The position numbers and the translations under genes were made by a program. This document shows, in pieces, positions 53,195-64,000 of a stretch of 64,000 bases of DNA. The DNA comes from Podarcis bocagei (taxonomy: Eukaryota). The stretch is from NCBI GenBank assembly GCA_964188305.1, contig OZ076888.1; one strand, 5' to 3'. A model generated the notes under the pieces. It worked only from the letters and a program-made list of their open reading frames with translations. It did no database searches and had not been told where the DNA came from. Positions within the stretch are counted from its first letter, which is position 1, and each line of letters starts with the position of its first letter.

Positions 53195-53674
53195 CAGTGT
53201 TTCCCAAACGTTTTTGGGCAACGGCACACCTGCTTACCGGAAAAAAATCTCGCGGCACACCACCATTAAAGCCCCGCCCCCGTGACGTCAGCGCGCAGCG
53301 TCACGCCGGGAGGGACGCACAAAAATGAAAGTTTTTTCCCTCCCCCTTGCCGGGGTGGGAGGAGGCAGCAGAGCGAGGGCAGCTGAGGCGGCGGCGGCTG
53401 CGATAGCGGGCGGAGGAGGAGCCGTCGCCGGGAGTTGCTGCTGCTGCTGTTGCTGCTGCTGCCCGGACATGCCGGCCTCCTCCTCCTCCGCTGTCTCTCG
53501 CGCGCCTCCCTTTTGCGCGCGCTGCCCCGCCGCTCGGCACGACCACCGCGGAGCCGCCCCGGCTCGACGCGGATCCTCGCCGCCGCCGCCTCTCGCCCGC
53601 CTCCCTCCCACGGCACACCAGCCGGTGTCTCACGGCACAGTAGTGTGCCGCGGAACACCGGTTGGGAAACACTG
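53195..53674. mobile_element. Non-autonomous hAT element carrying a captured gene 5' fragment (RANBP9-like)
   Basis: Perfect 8-bp TSD CCTTATGC; TIR CAGTGTTTCCCAA; GGCACAC subterminal repeats; GC-rich interior ~53338-53605 encodes MSGQ9LPATAPPPPAIAAAAASAALALLPPP on the minus strand. Confidence 0.9.
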
Positions 53675-53892
53675 CCTTATGCTGCCTGTGTGCGGGCAGT
53701 GGGAGAGGGAAAAGTGGACCCTTAGGTAGATCTTCCACATGCGGGCATGACAACTGCATCATCGCGAAAGGACTGTGTGCCCATTGTATTCATGATGCAC
53801 AACAAAAATGATCACAAAATGCAGAATACAGTAAGCCTGCAACTTATGCACATTTAGCTTGTGCACATTCAGCTTTACATGCTTGGCAATTA

Positions 53893-53947
53893 AAATGAAA
53901 TGAAATGAAATGAAATGATTAGAATAGAATAGAATAGAATAGAATAG
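53893..53947. repeat. (AAATG)n/(AATAG)n pentanucleotide microsatellite
   Basis: Direct inspection. Confidence 0.9.
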
Positions 53948-56900
53948 TGGAAATGGGGGGGATCCAGGGGGGAGGGGAAAGCTTTGGCAATCCCACCCTA
54001 ATGTGCTTTGACTATACATGATTTTGGCTTTAAGCTTGATCCCCATGCAAATTGCAGGCTTAATGTATTTTCTTATAATACTAAGCACTTTCTTATACTA
54101 CAGGGCCATGGGTTGCTGCAGCAGGAAAGCTGGAACACCAGGGCCCATTGAGATCCACAGCCATTGGGCCCCTCCCTCCCTTTCAAGGTGGTCATTCTAA
54201 GAACAATTTTGACTGTGTACACATTACTCAGTGAGGCCACTCCCCCCCAATGTATTTGCACATCATTGTACGCATCAGCACAGTTGGATGTGCTTTTGAA
54301 AAAAATCGCCGTCTGTTCACACCCGCTGGTGGACTGGGAGTGTGGATGTCTTCAGGCGGCTTACATTTTCAAATCGTTTCAAAGGTGTTTGAGGGAAAAC
54401 ACAATATTTCTCAAGAAACTCCAGGACAGATGTGAATTGTGGCTAGCGTGTTTATACGACTTCCCAAACCAGTCGTGAGAAGACACTGAACTGGAGGCAG
54501 AACAAATGGGAGTGTGTCCACAGCCTCTATAACTTGAGGAACTGGTACTTGAGTTTGTTTGTTTTCCTTCTCTATCCATTTTGCCTTTTGTGCTCTGCCT
54601 TTCAGATTTTAAGCCTGTGAGCAGGAAGTTTTTAATCTATGTATGGCATTTAGAATATGTTAGATGCTTCATAAATTATACTACTACTACTACTACTAAT
54701 AATAATAAATGGGTGGGGAGGCAATTCAAATGGATTTCCTCCATTTCATAGCTTCTGGGATTATCCTGATGGATCCCTGCCTGTGCAAATGATGTTGCAC
54801 GTTTCCAGGAAATGAAACTATGTAAGCTGGATCCCTTCAGTTGCCTTTGTGTGTCAGCAGACTCCAGAGGAATCCATCCAAAAACAACCTGATGTAAGAA
54901 AATATTACACTGGAAAGAGTCCAGTCTAAAAACAATGCTCATCTGTGTTGTACTATTAGGACAGCATTATACCCTGTGATTTTTTTAAAGTTGACATTCA
55001 GATTCTGAGGCTGAAATTCGAGGTCAACGTCAAGAGGTTAATGTTTTGTGAATAATGTCATTTTTGCTAAAAATGTATCGTGAGAGCTGATCAGAGACAA
55101 GAAGTAATGCAGAGTTGGAAAGGGGCTAATTTGTGTATCATCTATATTGGTCTTCCCAAGTGCTATCAAAGAAATAATTTTATTCCTAAATGGAATTTAC
55201 TAATTTTTTAACTTAGCTTAAAAGAAAAGAAGGGTGCTTCTTAAATTTGCAGTTGTCACTTCCCCTTTAAAGGAAAAGGTGCCAACATCAAAGCAATGGA
55301 ACAGAGTCCTCTATTTATAAACAGAACAAGTACATTGCTGGCAGCAGCATCCTTGGCAGGCTAATGACCTTGTATCAAATCCTTATTTTGCCTTAAGTGG
55401 ACTTTGGCAGGGTAGCTTTCCTTATGCTGGGAATCTGCCAACAAGGATGTGATTGACACCTGTCAACAAGGTAGCAGAAAGAGATCATGTGCCTGAGTCA
55501 TAAATTCCAGACAGATGTCAAGCTATAAAGGTTCCCATCATGGACTTGGTTTTGATGGCTGGTCCAACATTTTTGGATTACCATCCAGTCCCTCTGTGAA
55601 TCACTTTGAAAGGTTCTTTATATGTTACTAAAAATAGGATTCATTATTTCATATACTCACACTCAAGGCTGCTACCTTTGGAACACTGAACTTTCCACAA
55701 TGTTGGTCCCGCTTATGATTTTAATATTAGATTTATGCAAAGATTTAGTCTTTGCATGAGATTTTACTTAGCAATTGGAAATGTGCAGTTTTGCCCATTT
55801 CTCCATTGGCTGTTCTCTGATCATGTACAGCAGCGATCGAACTGGAGCCACATTTGAAGGGCTACTTCAAATGCAAAGAAAATACGTAAGGAGGAAGAGA
55901 AAATGCATTTCATAAATCATGTGAACGAAAAAAAGGGGGCTTTATTCTAGCATTTTAAAATTGTATCAGTGGAGGGGCAATGCCTGTCAGCCTCGCTTTT
56001 CCCACCTCCTAGCCTTCTGGCATTGAGTGGGAAGGTCAGAAGCAAGGATAAACTGAAGCCACTTCTAGTCTTCAAGGATCAACATAGCCAGGACTTGTGC
56101 AAGATCAGGGTCTCTGATTGTAGAGAGGGTTGTAAGTTACTGGGTACAGTTTCAGAATGTCCAAATAGGGCTACAGTCCGATCTGTTTGATCCACCAAAT
56201 ACACTTCTATGATACAAATTTTCCGCTTTGAAATATCCCTCAGCAAATCTGCAGGGTATTGGTCACAATATACATTATGAAACTTGGAGAATATGCAGAA
56301 TATGCATCATGAAAGTTGGCGGCCTTGTGAGCAGGGAGGTGCGTGTGTGTTGCCTTTTTTTGCCCTTCTTTGCCTCAATGGGATACTTGGAAATTCAACT
56401 GGATCTTTAACCCATAGAAGTGAACTGAAAGGACTCCCTCCATCTCTCAAACACAGGAGACTGGTTCTGCAGTTTGGAGAAAAAAATTATATCTCTTAAA
56501 ACAACTAAAAGAAAAGAAAAGGAAGAAGGAAATCCATGAAACTGTGGTATATCTGTGAGGAGAGCGGGTACACAACATGGCACAGAGATATGTGTTGCAT
56601 TGTTTATCATTAGTGTATCATTCATGTTGTCCTGGGCACTAGCCAATATGTGAAGATGTCACGTAGCACTCGTAACTACAATAGGTACATTTAGCTTGGG
56701 AGCGGAAAAATCATTTTTGTAATAAGACACTATTATACTTTTAATGCTAGGCAAATGTACTGGCGACAGAAGTGCTACGTTGGAGTAAAACACCTGGCTG
56801 CTCTGAAAGAGCTGAAGGACAGCTGTTACAATCGTGACATTAAAAATACATTGCCCAGACTACAAAGAGTTCTTGCGGTAATCTCACCTCAAACACTTGA

Positions 56901-57625
56901 GACAAAATGCCATTGTCAGCTTTGAGCATAAAATGCAGCAATGTTTAATCAGGGATTATTTATGCCAGAGAAACAAAAACCCAAAGTTAAAAACTTTGGA
57001 ACTGAAAAACTTTGAAATGGAACAGGTAAGAAACAGACTAGGGAAAGGTGTCCTTGAAGAGCTCTGGTGGAAACAGAGTCACCATTCAGAGAAATCTCAT
57101 TTCTGTAATGGGAGTACTGGTTTACAAGATACAGTATCAGCCTTCATAGGGCAGCTATCTTCAATCACCAAATACCAGCTGTTGATGTTTTTTTTTTAAA
57201 AAGATACCCACACAAGTTAGGCTGCTACCTGAATGTACCAATTATTTGTTTAAGGAAAAAGTGCTGACATTTGCATACTTTTCTGTAAAAAAAAGGGGGG
57301 GGCAAATGGTTCCAGATCGACTGAGAGGAGAGGATGCTGTTTCCTCTCCTACCTTTGTAGGGCTTGAGGACCAATTTTTGCAGTCCTACTGTCTGATTTT
57401 GAAGAGAGTCCAGGTTTCACTTAACACATTGGCATGAGTCGAAAATGAAGAAGGGGGAGATTGTTGCTCTTGCAATGTCCTTTGCCTCTGACATTTCTGC
57501 CTTGTACTTTTTATGAGCTTTCCTTGTGCAGCGTGAACGGTGGCACCTCTAGCTTTCAGAGGCCACTTGTGATGTCTGCCCAGTGTCAAGCTACCCTCCA
57601 GATAACCAAGCATGTTCCTTCCATG

Positions 57626-57776
57626 CTTCTCAGTCCTAATAAAATATGTGTAATGTCATCCTGCATAACTCATCTGGTACTCAGAGTACTCAAGCTGAAC
57701 AACTTCTTCTTAGTCCTAATAAAATATGTGTAATGTCATCCTGCATAACTCATCTGGTATGCAGAGTACTGAAGTT
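57626..57776. repeat. 80-bp tandem duplication
   Basis: CTTCT(C/T)AGTCCTAATAAAATATGTGTAATGTCATCCTGCATAACTCATCTGGTA at 57626 and 57706. Confidence 0.9.
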
Positions 57777-58439
57777 GGGGCATGTCTGCCCCATAAAGAA
57801 AATGATAATCAAATTCTGCACTGAATTCTGCGCTGAAATAAACTTTAGATATATATATTTTTTGCAAGTGGAATAAATGGTCCCAATGACATCCTTAAAA
57901 GACAATTCTATACATCTCTAGTCAGACGTAAGTCCCAAGGAGTTCAGCTGGGCTTAAGTCCAGATAAGTGGTTATTATGGGACTGCAGCCTTATTCACTG
58001 GTTTGAGTTTAATTTATATAAGGAGGGACAGAAATGGAGATTGTAAGCAGGGATATGGCATTCCCCTCGGCCCGTGGGAATTTTCTTCCTAAAGTAACAC
58101 TTCATGCAAGGACAGCCGTTTGCCAAGAAAAGTCAGAGAGGGATTGTGGAGCATAATGCAATACCTGTTTGCACGTAGGTTATTTTTGCTTTGCTAACCA
58201 GGAGCAAGGTGCTGTGCAGAACACAGAAGCGACACACACAAGCACCTTAGCCCCAGAAGGTGTGCTTCATCCCCATCCCCATTTCATTTTGATACTTGGC
58301 ACATGGGGGGGGCATCATTTAGGCTGTATACACACAGCATTTGAAATAAACAGAGGCCAATTATTTTTATTTTTTACAGTGGGCTTTTGTACACTGCGGT
58401 TTGCAACTATACACACCCTCATGTGATAACATCATCTCA

Positions 58440-58580
58440 AGTGTGGCATAGTGGTTAGAGTGCTGGACTGGGACTGGGGAAAGGAAGGTGGAAATCCTCA
58501 CCCAGCAATGAACTTCGCTGGGCTCAATCACTATCTCTCAGCTTAATTTACCTCGCAGGCTTTTTGTGAGGATCAAAACA
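58440..58580 (+). mobile_element. tRNA-derived SINE
   Basis: GTGTGGCATAGTGGTTAGAGTGCTGGACT head; CTCTCAGCTTAATTTACCTCGCAGG body. Confidence 0.75.
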
Positions 58581-58907
58581 GAGGGGCAAAGTTATATATT
58601 GTTACAGATCTAGGGTAACAGAGGTTGGGGGTGTAAGGTCACCTGTAACTGCTAGAGTTAGGGAATGCTAGAAATTAATAAACAGTATAATTGAGATAAT
58701 ATTGAAGGGAAGGTGCCAGATGTTAGATCTAAAATACAGGCTAAACCAGGAAATCTCCTTGTGGGAAGGACCATCAAGGTATGGCCAGTCATTGACCTTC
58801 TGCCTGACTCTGGGTAAATAGCAGAGTTGGGAGGGGGAGTTTACAGGAGGCATGATGTCACATAGGAAAAAGGTGTCCTTTTGAAACTGAGAGGCTGAGG
58901 AAGAAGG

Positions 58908-59157
58908 CAGGGTCAGCAAACCTTTTCAGCAGGGGGCCGGTCCACTGTCCCTCAGACCTTGTGGGGGCTGGACTATTTTTTGGGGGGGTAAGGGGGGAAT
59001 GAATGAATTCCTATGCCCCACAAATAACCTAGAGATGCATTTTAAATAAAAGGATACATTCTACTCATGTAAAAACACGCTGATTCCTGGACCATCCATG
59101 GGCTGGATTTAGAAGGCGCTTGGGCCGGATCCGGGCCCCTTAGTTTGCCTACCCATG
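58908..59157. mobile_element. hAT MITE (~250 bp), inverted copy of the 45318-45561 family
   Basis: Reverse-complement similarity along its length; AAGAAGG direct repeat at both flanks. Confidence 0.85.
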
Positions 59158-59918
59158 AAGAAGGGGGAGAACTGGATGTGCTGCTGTGAAGGCCAGAACC
59201 ATCTTGGTGAATTGGCTGAAGAAAGGCTGGGAAAGAGCACAGAGATGTCTGGGAATCCAGTGCTGGGCTGCTGTGAAGGATAGGCTGCTCCTGAGATGCG
59301 AATGCTGTGAACTCTCTTCAGAGTAGATCCAGGTGTAAATATGTGTACAAGAAACCATATTTATTGAACACACTAGTTTCCACCGCGCCTTGATTCCCCA
59401 ATGGAAACAGCAGAGATTGGGGATGGCATGCAACCTTGGAGGAGAGAAGGGGTATAAAAGTAGTAAGTAGCTAAAATGAAGCAGCAGCCTGTGATTAAAG
59501 CACTGGTGAAAAAGCTTGCCCAAATTCTGAAGCCGCCTTTCCCCCAAAAGTCATTTGCAATCCTGTTTCCCTGGAGCAGAGAGACAGCGGGTGTTTCCCT
59601 GGATTAATGATGTGGGTCATTGCTCAGCTCAAAGGCTGCATTGAAGGAGATGGCTGAAAACTGCTGCAGACAGGTGGGTGACAACCACCCTTCAGAACCT
59701 TTTTATAAGTTCCCTGTCGTGGATGGCACACTGAGACTGAAATAAGAAAAGTGTGAACGAGACAAACAAACGGGATACAGTGTGGGAAGATTATTTCTGG
59801 TCTGCAGGAGGCTCGAAAAGGTGGCTGCATGTTTGTCACAGTCAAATAATTATAGGCAAGGGTCAGGGGCCTTCCTGGAAAAGCAAAGCATGCCTCCAGG
59901 GCAGTGAAACCTTTACAC

Positions 59919-61294
59919 CAGTGTTTCCCAACCTTTTTTGGGCAAAGGCACACTTGTTTCATGAAAAAAATCTCGAGGCACACCACCATTACAGCCCCGT
60001 GACGTCAGCGCGCAGCGTCACGCCGGGAGGGACATGAATTGCTAGCAAATTACATAATCACCTCCTTAAGGGCTGGCTCATCTTCTCCGAAGGCAGAACC
60101 CCATTAATTAACAGCACAGACTCACACCATAGCCAAGACGAGGGGGGGAAACCTCAGTCATGCACAGTCATGCACATGTGGGGGCTAAATGAGGACGAAG
60201 ACTGGGCAGGGAGCAGGGTTCAAATCACCCCACCTGGCCAGGACAATCCTTGGGTGCTCCCTTGGGCCACTCGCCTGACCCACCTCGCAGGGCTGTTGTT
60301 GCGAGGATAACACAGCGGGCGATGAATGCAATGCACGAAATATATGAGAGGCGACCAGGTTTTGCAGGTGAGGGGCCCCCGCCAGCCTCCGCTTCCAACA
60401 CCCGGCGCAACGACGCCGAAGTTTCCCCCCGGGCTCGGCTCGGGGAGCAGCGCTGCTCCCCCCCGGCTCCCCTTCGCCCTCCCGGCTCTCTCTGCCGCCC
60501 ACTGGGGACCCCCCTCACCTGCCAAGTCCAGAGCGCCGGTGGAAGTTGCATGCATGCATGCAGGGCGCCGCGTTGCCATTGCGTTGCACTGCACTCCATG
60601 CAACGCCTGCACGCATGCATTGCCTTGCATGCCCGCCAAGGGGTCTCCCCGCGGTCCGATGCGTCCCCTCCGGCGCGGATGCAGCATTGCAAAAATAACC
60701 CCCCCGACGCAGCCCTACCTGGGGGGCAGCCTCCGCCGCTCCGCCTCCGCGGGGATCCCCAGGCTCCATGCTGCCGCCCGATCTCCGCGGGGGCGCAGGC
60801 AGGCTGCGCGGGGTCTGCGCGGAAGAGCCCCTGCCCGCCCGGCCGCCGCCGCCGCGCTCATTCCATGGCCGGGAGAAGAGCGCTTCAAACAAAACACCCG
60901 GCCCGCCAGGCCACGCTGGGAAACGTAGTTCACGCACCCCGCGCGGGCGCGGAGCCCAAGGGCAAGGGGACTACGGATCCCGGCAGCCCCCGCGCCGGGG
61001 ACGGAGGGGGAGAGGCCGGGTGCAGGGATGGAGGGACGGGTGGGCGAGCGAGTGAGTGAGTGGCAGCCGCCAAGCCTTGGCCGAGAGCCAGGAAGGGCCT
61101 CCCCAGAGGAGGAGGAGGGAGGCGCAGAGTGGGAGGGAGGGAGGGAACCCCAGGGGTCATCTAGTGACGGCGCCCCAATCGAAAATTTGACTTTTAAAAA
61201 AAAATCTTTCGAATTTTTTAATTTTTCCCGCGGCACACCAGGCAACATCTCGCGGCACACTAGTGTGCCACGGAACAGTGGTTGGGAAACACTG
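59919..61294. mobile_element. Non-autonomous hAT element (1376 bp) carrying a captured CpG-island promoter, first exon and intron start
   Basis: Perfect 8-bp TSD CTTTACAC (59911-59918, 61295-61302); TIR CAGTGTTTCCCAACC; left ~115 bp and right ~70 bp shared with 53195-53674; unrelated CpG-rich interior. Confidence 0.92.
60719..60769 (-). pseudogene. Captured first coding exon fragment MEPGDPRGGGAAEAAPQ (donor gene not recognised)
   Basis: agcATGg Kozak start at 60769, 17 codons, CAG|GTAGGG donor; upstream ACTACGTTTCCCA (60929-60917) and ACTACGGATCCCGGCAGCCC (60970-60989). Confidence 0.5.
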
Positions 61295-62138
61295 CTTTAC
61301 ACAATGCTCCCGCATAAGTCATTGTTCAACGACAATTATCACAAGATCTGGGAGGCCCAACAGCTTTGTAGCCATAGGGTAGAGGTGGAGGAATAGCCTC
61401 GCTGTCATTTGCCCTTTTAAACACACACACAGCTGGCTCAGGAAAGAAGTAGACAATCGGCAAACAAAACATAATAGTCAACCCATAATTAAGGCCATAA
61501 CAATATATCACAAAATGGCAAGCTATTGCTGGGTGGGTGACCATGAAAAAATATCAATGGCTTATTCTTGCAGCTTGATCCTACTGGTGAAGCTTTGTAC
61601 AGCTGCAGAAAGTGAAACAAGATCAACGGCTAGTATTTGCATATACAGCCATTATTAATGGCATATCTACAGAGGCCAGGCTAAACAACTGGCAACCCCA
61701 ATTGTGGGAAGGGAGCACTGCTGATGCTAATTGCTTTTGGCTTTTGTGGTGGCTAGTTGGGTGCTCCTCTCCTGCAGCTGTACAACAGGTAAGCTAGGCA
61801 ATATTCTTCATAGAGAGCATATTAAAGCACATGCACAGAGTAGTGGTACTTGGGGGAATTTATCATGACCTATCATCAGGGTGAACAGACGCAAAGGAGG
61901 ACAAGGGTCTTGTACTTGTGCAGAGGAAGGAATTTTAGCAGGTGCTGTTTGTCATGCAAGAAAAGGGATTTCCTTCTTTTTACACAACTCACAGGGACTT
62001 TGTTTGCCTCTGGGTGCCCTGCTGATAACCCCACAAATGATAGCCAGGTAGAATGCAAAACATACCTCCCAGCCAGCGTTGTTGTAGATACAAACACACT
62101 TTCCCACCTATAAAATTATTTGAATAGGCCTGCTTACT

Positions 62139-62256
62139 AGAATCATAGAACTGCAGAGTTGGAAGGGATGCCGCAGGTCCAACCCCCTGCAATTGAGGGA
62201 TCTCAGCTAGATCATACATGACAGCTGGTCACCCAACCTCTGCTTCAAAACCTCAG
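62139..62256 (-). mobile_element. CR1 3' end fragment
   Basis: TAGAATCATAGAACTGCAGAGTTGGAAGGG...GTCCAACCCCCTGC, as at 31028 and 42435. Confidence 0.7.
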
Positions 62257-62399
62257 GCTCCCTGCTTGAGACTTCCCCGCCATCCATTAAGTGGAAGGGG
62301 ACATGGCTGGGTGATGAGGATGCAGCAGAGGGCTAGGATCAGAAAGGATGTCCCTGCTCTCCTCTCACTTCAATCTAATTGGATAAAATGATTAGATAG

Positions 62400-62615
62400 G
62401 GCTGTAGCATTGCTTTGATTAGGGTAGGAGCTGGACTAGGACCTGCAAGACCAGGATTCAAATCCCCATTCAGTCACACTAGGTGACCTTTGGCCAGTCA
62501 CACCGCCTCTCAGCCTAACCCATCTCACAGGGTTGCCGTGAATATCAAATGGGGAACATCACCTCAAGCTCATTGCATGAAAGGTTAATATAAATTCAAT
62601 AATAATAATAATAAA
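62400..62615 (+). mobile_element. tRNA-derived SINE with (AAT)n tail
   Basis: GGATTCAAATCCCC B-box-like motif, CTCTCAGCCTAACCCATCTCACAGGGTTG body, AAT tail. Confidence 0.7.
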
Positions 62616-63676
62616 GAATAAGCTGTTCCTTTGCACCATTTCATGCAAGCCCTGAACAGTTTTTGCAGACTCACAGTTGACCTATAAAAAAGCAGCAAGC
62701 GTTACCCATGCCTCTTACTTGTTTTATTTGCGTGAAATGAATGAAAGGACTTGGCAGCTGTTTGCTTAGTTGGGTTGAGAAATAACAGCTGCTTTTCATC
62801 TCAGTGGCTTTCTCCCGCTTTCTGGAGGTTTGCTATATTGCATCATGAATCCAAAGAAAAGTGGTCTTGCTTAGCAGACTAATTTACATAAGCTCTTGGC
62901 TCCAGAAAAAATAAATGACTGGCCTAGTTTTCTTGTTCTTCCGACACACCTATAGACTAATGCTATTAATAACTATTATTTGGAAGTAAGATTTCATATG
63001 AGGAGTACTTAGGATTGTGACCTTAATGGTTCCAGTAATAAGTGGGAGATTGCATTCATATACAACTAGCAAACATAGGGCTAGTTAGTGCATGAAGGGG
63101 CTAAGACAATACAGCTGTGTAGGTCATGCACCGTCTTCTCAGATGAGGGAGGAAATGAAGCCCTCTCTTCCTGTCCACCCCACTCTGTACCATGTAGCCA
63201 ACAAAGGAGGGTGTGTATAAGTTTGTTCCCAAGCTTAGAGCACGTGTTTGGAACAAGATTCTGTATTTTCTGCCCAAAAGCTTTCTTCCTGTGTTCACCT
63301 TGCTGTTGCATGGAACAATGCAATCTGTAAGTAAAGTAAAGTAAAGTATTTTAAACTTACTTAACATAGTGTGGTATGTTCAATGATAAGAGGGGTAGAA
63401 AGAGATCCACTGTTTCAGTGAACTAAATGGGATATTTAAACAGATTTAACAGCCTATTTCCACACTTTACTGCTGTACAAGTTGTGACTTGATTTTAAAC
63501 TCTGCTGGGGCTTTCTATGTGCTAGTCCCATGTTTTGAAACTAGGCACCCAGGCGATTTATTATCCATCCACCCCACACACATGGGTCACAGGGATTCAT
63601 ATATTTCCACTCCCTCAAAATACAAAAACTAAAAGCCTCCTAACTTGTAAGTATGCTTAAATCCAATGTTCTGTAA

Positions 63677-63808
63677 CAGTGGTGCAGGACCTGTGGCCTT
63701 CCAGATACTGGAGAATTCCATCAGCCCCAGCCAGCATGGGCAATGGTCAAGGATGATGGGAATTACAGTCCAGCAACATCTGGAGGGCTGAAGGTTCTCC
63801 AGGACTGA
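63677..63808. mobile_element. Degenerate hAT palindromic MITE (ACTACA/GGGA family)
   Basis: GATGATGGGAATTACAGTCCAGCAACATCTGGAGGGC, related to 30822 and 39691. Confidence 0.6.
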
Positions 63809-64000
63809 TCTAGAACATGAGATTAATATTGAGGTCACAATCATGCAAATGTCTAGAGCTGCATCATACATTAGGCAGAAAATATGAAATTCCAAAATGT
63901 GCTAAGCAGGTAAACATGCTAAGGGCTTGGTTCTAGCTCCTCTTCCTTAATAATAATCTTCCTTAACTATATGCATGCATTGCTGGCAATCCTGTTCACA

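Noticed and set aside
56284-57635. Possible minus-strand coding exons downstream of the captured first exon
   Set aside because: Candidate 57635-57353 has stops in all three frames; the ~56470 candidate gives no recognisable peptide.
58440-58500. tRNA gene
   Set aside because: Only a degenerate A-box-like head followed by SINE body; no cloverleaf.
60250-61396. CpG island as the native PPP1R3C promoter, and its long ORFs as genes
   Set aside because: Synteny would put PPP1R3C on this side, but no MSCTR-like first exon or PPP1R3C coding sequence was found. The island is enclosed by hAT TIRs with a perfect TSD, and the ORFs reflect GC content.

Overview
Vertebrate genomic DNA, most likely a squamate lizard (inferred from the CR1/L2/L1/RTE, tRNA-SINE, hAT and Tc1/mariner repeat landscape). 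The left half holds a complete, intact tankyrase-2 gene (TNKS2) on the minus strand: 27 GT-AG coding exons from 30467 to 2766, 3543 nt, 1180 aa (ankyrin repeat clusters, SAM, PARP domain with H-Y-E triad), a CpG-island promoter near 30.5-30.8 kb, and a 3' UTR with AATAAA at 1007-1002, directly next to a 952-bp solo LTR. The right half (31-64 kb) is repeat-rich intergenic DNA with no recognisable intact host gene. It contains a 5'-truncated L1 with a 17-bp TSD, a second solo LTR, many non-autonomous hAT and Tc1/mariner elements with clean TSDs, and a CTCF motif. The most striking observation is two non-autonomous hAT elements of one family (53195-53674 and 59919-61294). They share both arms, each has its own perfect 8-bp TSD, and each carries a different GC-rich cargo that looks like the 5' end of a host gene: a RANBP9-like 5'UTR/start/poly-Q fragment, and a CpG-island promoter with first exon, splice donor and start of intron. 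They look like Pack-MULE/Pack-TIR-type gene-capturing elements. Several other small DNA elements here also carry housekeeping-promoter motifs (ACTACA/ZNF143-like, NRF1, CRE, ETS, GC box), and one is inserted in the TNKS2 proximal promoter. All homology calls come from recalled protein and repeat features, not from database searches.
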